A stretch of DNA of 64,000 nucleotides from Chrysomallon squamiferum (taxonomy: Eukaryota; Animalia; Mollusca). The position numbers and the translations under genes are program-made. The stretch covers positions 38,812,001-38,876,000 of the forward strand of contig CM022670.1 in the NCBI GenBank assembly GCA_012295275.1. The letters are read 5' to 3'. Positions 55,377-64,000 of the stretch are shown here, piece after piece (the stretch's first letter is position 1; each line of letters starts with the position of its first letter). The notes beneath the pieces were generated by a model, which saw only the letters and a program-made list of their open reading frames with translations, did not search any database and was not told where the DNA came from.

Positions 55377-57013
55377 CAAACCCAAAATAGAAATTAGTTA
55401 TGAATCATCTGTGTTGGCGCGGACTCAGAGAAAACAAAAAATGTCGACAATGCAAATTCCTGGCAAGTTTTAATACGACTGACCAATTAGAAGAGATCAT
55501 TCATATGGTTTGGTTTTCCTGTAAGAAAATGACGTAACCGAACAATTGATCATTAAGTGCCTTAACCTTGGGTCAGCTTGAGGCTATATATAATAATTAT
55601 ATATTATCCTTTCATTTTTTTTTTTTTTGTCCAGTGGAACAAATAATATAATTATTAGGAAGCGCCAAAACAATATATTAGTGTATGAAAGAATAATATT
55701 TTTAATCTGAGTGGTATGGATAGGAGCTTCTGACCGAGTTGTTATTTCAACAAACATTTTAAAAGATATTATTTAAAAAATATTACTAGCAATAGTTGAG
55801 GTAGTAATGATAACGACCACAACTACGACAACAACATTTTTTTTTATTACTGTCCTTTTTATACGTGTTTTTCTGCCCCAGAAAAAAAACAAGTAGCAAC
55901 GACAGAGCAACAACAAAACTTATTATAATCATAGTAATAACAGCAACACCACCACCACCACCACAACAACAACAACAACAACAACAACAGTAATAAAAAA
56001 GAATAAAGATTGAAGAAAATGTGTAGTGATCGTTGACAGTGTACAGTAGCAACATTTCAGCCGATTCCAGAAAATTATGCTGATAGAAAGACCTGCTTCC
56101 AAATAAATTATGTTGGTAATAACGGTTATGAAATGAACATATGGACAATATAGATAATATTTCACACCTTTAAAGCGTAGAAAGTCTAACCTAAGTAATA
56201 ATATTTATTTATAAATACGTACATACATACATACACACAGACACGCACACAATAACATGCACATTTATACACAAAGAGAAACACAAATATACACTTACAC
56301 TTACACACACGTACATACATTTCCATGGTTAGTATATATATACACTCTCAGAATAATAAATAAATAAATTAAACCTATTAAATTACTATGAAACGGATTT
56401 CGTGGCACTTGACATCTAACGTCTGCTGGTGAAAGGAACAACAAAAGCTGTCGGTTATTAATATACCGTAACATCCGCCTTTCTCAGAAGACGATTGTTG
56501 TGTGCACGGTTTATTAATAATTAATACCCTTTACATGTATCTTAATAACACTCGTCTTGCAAACTGAAGCTGAACAAATTTGATTCTGTGTCATTTTCTT
56601 TAGCGGAGATTAAGTCAATATTCGTACCATTAAGGCGACATCTAGCCAGCCGGATGAATTACATTTTCGCCGAGTCGGTCTTAAATAAAGATCGCGCATG
56701 GTAAATCAATTTTATGGGATAATTCCTTGATGGTCGAGAATGCTTGAAACTGGTTCTTAAATAAAATGTTTTTAGCGATATTGATATAGTTTTTTTTTAA
56801 ATTTTGTTTCTAAAAAAGAAAACAGGCTAAACAAGGAATAATAATAATAACAACAACAACAACAACAATAATAATAATAATAATAATAACAACAACAGTA
56901 ATAACTGATAATAAAATACAAATAGATAAATAAATAAATATTAAAAAACAAAGTAAAACAGAACAAATATAAAAAATAAAAAAAAACAGAAAGAAAAAGA
57001 AACAAAATTGACA

Positions 57014-57051
<38 letters not shown>

Positions 57052-57905
57052 TGGAATATCTGAACGTTCATCATTTCAAAAAAAAAAAAAAAAACCGACT
57101 ATTCAGTCAGGAAGCTTTAACAGCAAAATAATACAAGAAGAATAACAAGAAGCTGTGGAAGAAAAAAGGAAGAAAAACAAACAACAACAACAATAATAAC
57201 AGCAGTAGCAGTAGCATCAACAATAAAAATAACAATAACGACAATAGTAATAACAAAAAATCAACATCGAGAATACTAACTCAGTGGGAAAATAACATTG
57301 CATTTATGAGTAAGTGAGAATTTAATTAAAACCTTATAATAAAATACTAACTTTTTTTTTTTTTTCTTTATTTGTACTTCAGTATAACTTTCATTCTGTC
57401 TTATTGAAATTATTTTTTTTAAAAAGACTCGTAATATTATTATTATTATTTTTTTTTTTTAGTTCATGAAACTGTGAATATTTTCAATGTAAAGCTCCCA
57501 ATGACCCATTGAAGAATATGTCATCGATCTTGCTCTTAGAAACTCTTCCTTTCAAGACTTTCACAGAGGGGTGTGTTATTAAAGTCTATATCGTCCGTTC
57601 CGGCTATTGAGACAGGTTCGAGCATTTGTAAATAAACTCGCTGAAGCCAAACATTTTTAAGGCCTTATTGGCTTAATCTGTGATTAACACAGTCGTCTCG
57701 CGAAGCACCCCATGACTTCAGCGTGAATGTTTTAGCCATTGTCTTGAGCTCACGTAGTAACTAAAGTGAGGGAGGGAGTCCAGACGCATTCGATGTTAAT
57801 GCTTTGCAGAGATATCGTGTGCAACGAGAAGAGAGTTTACAGAAATAACAGGTAGGTGTAGAAAAGCAATAAGAAGCCTTTTAAAACTATACACGTTTAA
57901 TTTTA

Positions 57906-57937
<32 letters not shown>

Positions 57938-58255
57938 GAAGCTGAACAAATGCATTTTAGGTTGTTTTATTATCCACTGTTTGATCCCCTTGTCACGGAT
58001 GGATAGAACAGGTTGACCATAGCCGTTGACGCGTGTTCGTTAGAACATTTGGTGATGGGCGACCGCATTTTAAGTCAAATGACCAAGGAAACGCAAAAAC
58101 TGATAATAATTTATTTTTTTACTGTGATAATTTTAAAAATAAATGACGATTTAATTTTGCTGAAATGAACTAACATACTTGTTGAATGGCAGCATCTCAA
58201 TGTACTTTTAGTAAAAATTTTACATTTACGTTTATTAAATTAAATCATGATTTTA

Positions 58256-58311
<56 letters not shown>

Positions 58312-59921
58312 GTTATTATAATACATTATTTTAATTAAATGTAAATGTTTAACAATTATAACATTATGGAAATAATATATTTCCTTTTATTACGATGTAT
58401 TTTTATACACGGAAATATAGAAAAATGTCCAAAACAATAATTCTTAATTAAATTAGTTCTGGTTTATCATAGTAGCAAAAGCAATATATTTTAAGGGCCT
58501 TGCACTAAATAATTGATAGGAGAATTCATCATCTCATGATTTGGCAGACATATTTTCTGTATTATCTGTCTGTACATAACAACAATACTATGATGATAAA
58601 TAATTTATAAGTGATGCTATGTTCCTTAAATTTTTAGAATATAGAAGAAATTTGTAAAATAATTCTTCTTGAAAGGTGTTTATTTATCATTATTGTTGTC
58701 GCGATAATTTTCTCTATTTATATACCAAAAATCAATTTCAGTACAAATAAACAAATTAATTTACGATATATGCTAGAGGAAGGGGTGTATCCATGGCCGT
58801 CCCATCGGTTGCTGAAGCTCAGGGCAAGCTCAACTTCGGCACCCATAAATGAATTATTTTTTTAAAACATTTCACAACGAGGAATATACAGTTTATTACA
58901 ATATATAGACTAAAGAAAACAGTTCGAGCTCAGCATCAAAGTTTCGAATCCTTTCATTAATATAAATAGGAGGGAGAAGCCGCATCTTCGTTACTGATAA
59001 TCAATTCAATATATTTATGTTAGAAGCACACGCATTAGAAGATAGGTGGGTGGACATAAGTCCGAAAGTCCCGTTGTTGTGTCTGGCCTCTGCAGAAAAT
59101 TGCAGGCCACTGAGACAGTCGCACATTGGCATTAGTTACAGCGATGGACTTACTGAAGTTTGCAAAAGGTTAAATGTCATGTATTTATTTATATAAATCT
59201 GTAATCAAACTTTAAGTGACAGTTAATGAATGCTGACAAATTATTCATGGTGCAAAGGAAAGTGAATTAGGAATTTAATACGAATAGGACACAGAATAAC
59301 ATTTTAAAAATTTTTATTATCATTATTAATAGTCCTTTAGAATGATCGACTTGTACCTAAAACTACAACCCCCCCCCAAAAAAAACCCCAATAATTTAGC
59401 AACAAGTAACGTAATAATTAAATAATTAAGAAACTGTCATCAAAATATTCACAAACCGTAATAACAATAGTATTTGTAATCACTATAATTAATATATTTA
59501 TTTGTTTGAAAAGGTTCGCAAACTTCGGAACGAAATAGAACGGAGTTATTTCCCTTGCTAAAGAGTTTGCTTCGCGTACGAATACGTTTTTTCCTTTTAT
59601 TGTCAAAATGCTTCTTCTTTTAAAAATATATTTATATATTGTAAATTATTTGTCATTTATGTCAAAAGTAGACATAATATTAATAAACAATCCATTATTA
59701 ATTTTCAAAAATATCAGTATTTAACACATTCAATACACTTAAATACATGAGTTCTTTTCTCTTTTCAATATTCAGGTAATTTGTTGTTGTTATGCGTCAT
59801 CAATGTCGGCTGACCATGATCGTGAAGACGGATAAAGTGTGGTTATTATGAGTAAATCCGCAGATGAATTATTAACCTAATGTTGGTGTAAAACTGATGA
59901 ATTTTGTGAGCTGCAACAGTG

Positions 59922-60896
59922 ATGAAACGACCAACTTCATATTTATCGCTATTAAAAAACGGTGATAGCGAAGACGTTTCTTTTCCATCATGTATGCCAG
60001 TAGTTGCCCTTGAATACAGCAACGTTGAGGCTGAACAATCGCTAGGTTGCCGAAGTTGTCCAACGCTAGCCTCAACGCGTTCACCAAGAAGAAATTCAAA
60101 TAGTTTTCCACGTCACATTCATTCCAAACTTAAGAACATGGATGGTAAATTATTCACGTTTTAACATTTTATTGTTTTGAAAACTTGCAGCTACAGATTT
60201 AATTGATCTTTTTTAAAAGTGTTACTTTGGTGACACAAAGACATATTGTAAATATATTCTATATATTTCCTGTTATATTTATTTTATTTTTTAACTACAT
60301 ATTTATTTTAACTGTCCAATCATAATATGAAGTATAACTAAAAAAGTAGTAGCATTTTGAAATATTATTATATACAGGTATAATCTATGCATTGTTCGAA
60401 TACTATAGCTACCAGTATTCCATATATGCAACTTTGGTTGTATAAAATGGCAGGCTGAAATATTTAAGCAATGCTGTTTTATTGTTATACTTATTTGCTA
60501 GTTACCCATCCAACATAAAATAATAACTTAGAAATATAAATTCTTTATTCATATATACTAACAGACACTAACATTTTAAAAATGTAATTTGCATAAATGT
60601 ATCAATAATATACTAATTTGCATCTTAGAATTGTATATATTAAATAAATATTAAAATTTACATTGCATTTACATAAATAAGAAATAATATGAAAATAATA
60701 TTTTGCATAGCATATAGTAATAGAATTTAAAATTCAAATACTTATATACAAATAAAAATAACGTTTAAATAAATACAAGCATAATATTATAATATTTATA
60801 TGGGTTTTATTTTACAGATGACTTTAGCGCAGTCCATAAAATTCAAGGTGTTGCATTTGGGCCCAAGTCTACTGTATCATATCGGTTTGGATTTAA
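59922..60896 (+). CDS. Probable first coding exons of an unidentified gene running beyond the window
   Basis: ORF from ATG 59922 to donor G|gtaaat at 60144 splices in frame to exon 60818-60896 (tttacag| ... |gtaagt): MKRPTSYLSLLKNGDSEDVSFPSCMPVVALEYSNVEAEQSLGCRSCPTLASTRSPRRNSNSFPRHIHSKLKNMDDDFSAVHKIQGVAFGPKSTVSYRFGF. Family not recognised; start codon uncertain. Confidence 0.5.
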
Positions 60897-62176
60897 GTAA
60901 GTAAAAGATTAATATATACCTAACTTAAATCTTGCCTTTTTTCCTTAAGTATATTAGACCTATATATTTTATGTCAGGTTAGAACTGAAAGGATGCTGAC
61001 ATTGTTTGATGTACCCTCATCATTTTTTTTTATTTTTATTAGACCTATATATTTTATGTCATTTTTTTTTTTTTTTTTTTTTTAGTATGGTTAAAACAAA
61101 TATGATCTAAAAACTATTATTAATTTTGTCATGAATAAATTTATAAAACCTGAACTATGAACTACATTAAAAGAGGTTCAGTCAATACCATCAAACATCT
61201 CTTAGTTATTCTACTAAATTATTTATTAGACAATGATATACATATTTTTTTTTTTCCAGATTGATTTATTACCTGTTTTTCAATTAGTAATTATACAAAT
61301 TAAAAATCAAACAAAAAACAAACTCCCAAAAGAACAAAATAATTGGGGTTGATTCTTCAAGATATTTAATTTAGTTTCATGAAAATGGTTTTCATATGTT
61401 TTTAGCCTGGAAAAGTTGGAAGAAAAAAAAAGCAGAATAAATAAATAAATAAATAATAAATGGATAGATTAACAGATAACTGTATATTCTTTTAGAGAGT
61501 ATTTTGATGATAATTTTTCTTTTTATATAAACTAATAAATGTATGGATCATTTATTTTATTCTACTTTTGTTGACTTTTCACTAATATTTGATATCTATT
61601 TTCTATTAATTGTTTATGTAAAACATAAACAATGGCTAAAATTTATTTTGTAGATTGAAAAGTTGAGTTCTTTTAAAAATTTTAAATTCCAAGAGGAGGA
61701 CAAATATTAGAAATATGATTTTTTTTTTTACATATGTTGTAACATCATTTCTTAATGTTGTAGGGGTGGCATAAATATTGAAACTTTAGTAGTAGAAAAA
61801 ATCACATTAAGCTGAGCCTTAACAAATAACCAAAGTTCAAATATTTATATATGAATGTTAACAGATTCAGTTTTTTGTTTTAATTATATTATTCACATTT
61901 AGAAAAATAATTCCTTTGCGTTGGAAGAAGAGATAATATGTTTGAATTTTGTTTTTGTTCACTGAATTATGAAATCTACAAAACTCATGCAAGAATTAAC
62001 TTCCGTAATTCCCTGATTTGATTTTATAAGTCCATATTATTTTCTTATTTGAAAATCACAAAAAATTGTAAACCACAGTTATCTTTGTTTTATTTTATTA
62101 GAAAAAATAAATTTATTTTATATTAAATTAGAAAAATTTTCAATGTTTTGTTTATTTTGTGTGTGTGCTATGTGAA

Positions 62177-62284
62177 TGTATGTATGTATGTATGTATGTA
62201 TGTATGTATGTATGTATGTATGTATGTGTGTATGTATGTATGTATGTATGTATGTATGTATTCATGTATGTATGTATGTATGTA
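62177..62284. repeat. (TATG)n microsatellite
   Basis: Imperfect tetranucleotide array. Confidence 0.9.
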
Positions 62285-62746
62285 TCAATATGTATGTGTG
62301 TGTGTGTGTATTTTTATATGAGGTTTTGTTCTTGCTTTGATATTAATTTAAATCTATATAATATTTAATTTGTTACCAATCATTACATTCCTGTTTGATG
62401 GTTTAATTCATCCTGCCTTCAGCAGATAAGTAGAGTGTTATTTATATATTATGAAATGGGATTTAACACTTTAAAACAATATAATTCATTATTGTTCTTA
62501 GCTCTTGTCAAAATTTTGTATCTGTCTGCAAATGGAATACATTATCTGAGATTTGGTTCTGGTTTTGATGTGGCTATGATTACTTTGCACTAAAATTGTA
62601 CATGGGAAAACATGTACTTGAGAAATGACCTAAATGCACTTCCTAGATTTAATGCTCTTTATATACATTAATGTTATATGGTCAGCTGGGTTGTGTTGTT
62701 TTAAAAATATGTCATGCATTCTGAACTAATTTACCTGGATCTAAAG

Positions 62747-62751
<5 letters not shown>

Positions 62752-62822
<71 letters not shown>
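62752..62822. repeat. (TC)n microsatellite followed by poly-T
   Basis: About 35 perfect TC units. Confidence 0.95.
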
Positions 62823-62826
<4 letters not shown>

Positions 62827-63339
62827 TTTCTTTTTTTTTTTTTTTTTTTTTTTACTACACTGGTTGATTATTCTTATTCTGATAATAAAATAGATTCTTA
62901 AGTCAGTATATTTGAAATTTTTTATTTCTTAATGTGCTGGTGTTTTGAGGTTGTTGTTTTTTTTTCTCACTAATATTACCTGTTTGTGTAAGCTATCCTT
63001 GTTTGCAAGTAGCAAGTATTAGGTAATATGGCAGATGATGTTCCAATTTTATTAAATTGTTCCTTGATTGTGTGTATGGGTATATGTGTGTCAACATAAC
63101 CAGTTAATAAAATTATGTTTATAAAGTTCATTATGTTGAATTGAAAACAAAATATTGATTGTGTCTAATGAAATATATTTACAGTTGAATTATGTCATTT
63201 TAGGCAAAACATGATAGTGGACTTATTTATTTTTAATATTTTGGAAAAACATAGTTTGTGATGTTACATAAAGCAAAAAGTTATTTTTAGTTTGTAATTC
63301 ATAATGATAAAATGTTGTTGGTTTTTATTTATTTATTTA

Positions 63340-63387
<48 letters not shown>

Positions 63388-64000
63388 AAGTTTTCTTTAT
63401 TTTAATTTAAACATAGAAAAAAAATAGTTGGATACTTATTATCATTTTTCATTTATTGTCAAACAATTATTTTATATAGATAAAAAATTATAATCTACAA
63501 ACAAATTTTTACCAGGATGCTTACAGAACAATGCCATTATGATTTCATCTTTAAAAATTATTATTATTAATAAAACACACACAACACATTAATGCTATTA
63601 GATAGCAACCTCACACTATTAACATTTAAGTGTGCTGAATGTCAGTAAAAATTCATTCATGTGTCTTTTTCCTTTTATTCTTTGTTAAAAAAAAATAAAA
63701 AAGAAATTATTAATAATAATTAAAAAAAAAAAAAAAAAAAAAGAAAAAAGAAAAGAAAAGTAAAGAATGAAAACAAAAAAAAAAAAATGAAAAATGACAA
63801 AAAAAAAAAAAAAACAGCTTTGTTCCTGTGTGTTATGGGATGTAGTTATAGAGTGATCCCATTACTATAAATTTTGTCAAAGTGCAGATTAAGTTAGGCT
63901 TGCCCTGCAGTATATATTTGGATTTGAATGGTTAGATTTACTTCACTGGCTTAAGTTCTTATCCGGTTGTTAATGGCAAATGAGAAGGTGTGACATGATC

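Noticed and set aside
60952-61061. ~25-bp direct repeat tattagacctatatattttatgtca, ~85 bp apart (also a 14-bp repeat at 39066-39099)
   Set aside because: Two copies only, with no internal element features; ordinary local duplication, not CRISPR-like or a clear TSD.

Overview
AT-rich, microsatellite-rich, intron-containing animal DNA (invertebrate; lophotrochozoan/mollusc-like by impression only). Hand-spliced gene order: a VMAC-like coiled-coil gene (-), head-to-head with histone chaperone ASF1 (+, 4 coding exons, intron 1 has a GC donor); tRNA-Cys(GCA) (-); inner-arm dynein intermediate chain DNAI3/WDR63 (+, 23 coding exons, about 953 aa); nucleoporin NUP153 (-, 25 coding exons, about 1541 aa, three RanBP2 zinc fingers); a deleted Tigger/pogo transposon; and the probable 5' end of an unidentified + strand gene. 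The best hidden signal is four intact box C/D snoRNA copies, plus one decayed fragment, in NUP153 introns. They carry an invariant 14-nt guide to 28S rRNA and resemble U60/SNORD60; three intact copies share a single intron between zinc-finger exons. Second is a ~430-nt fold-back inverted repeat in a DNAI3 intron whose stem would pair across the 5' splice site. I see no convincing wholly new biological system; these are unusual arrangements of known parts. Family assignments come from recalled sequence motifs, not database searches.
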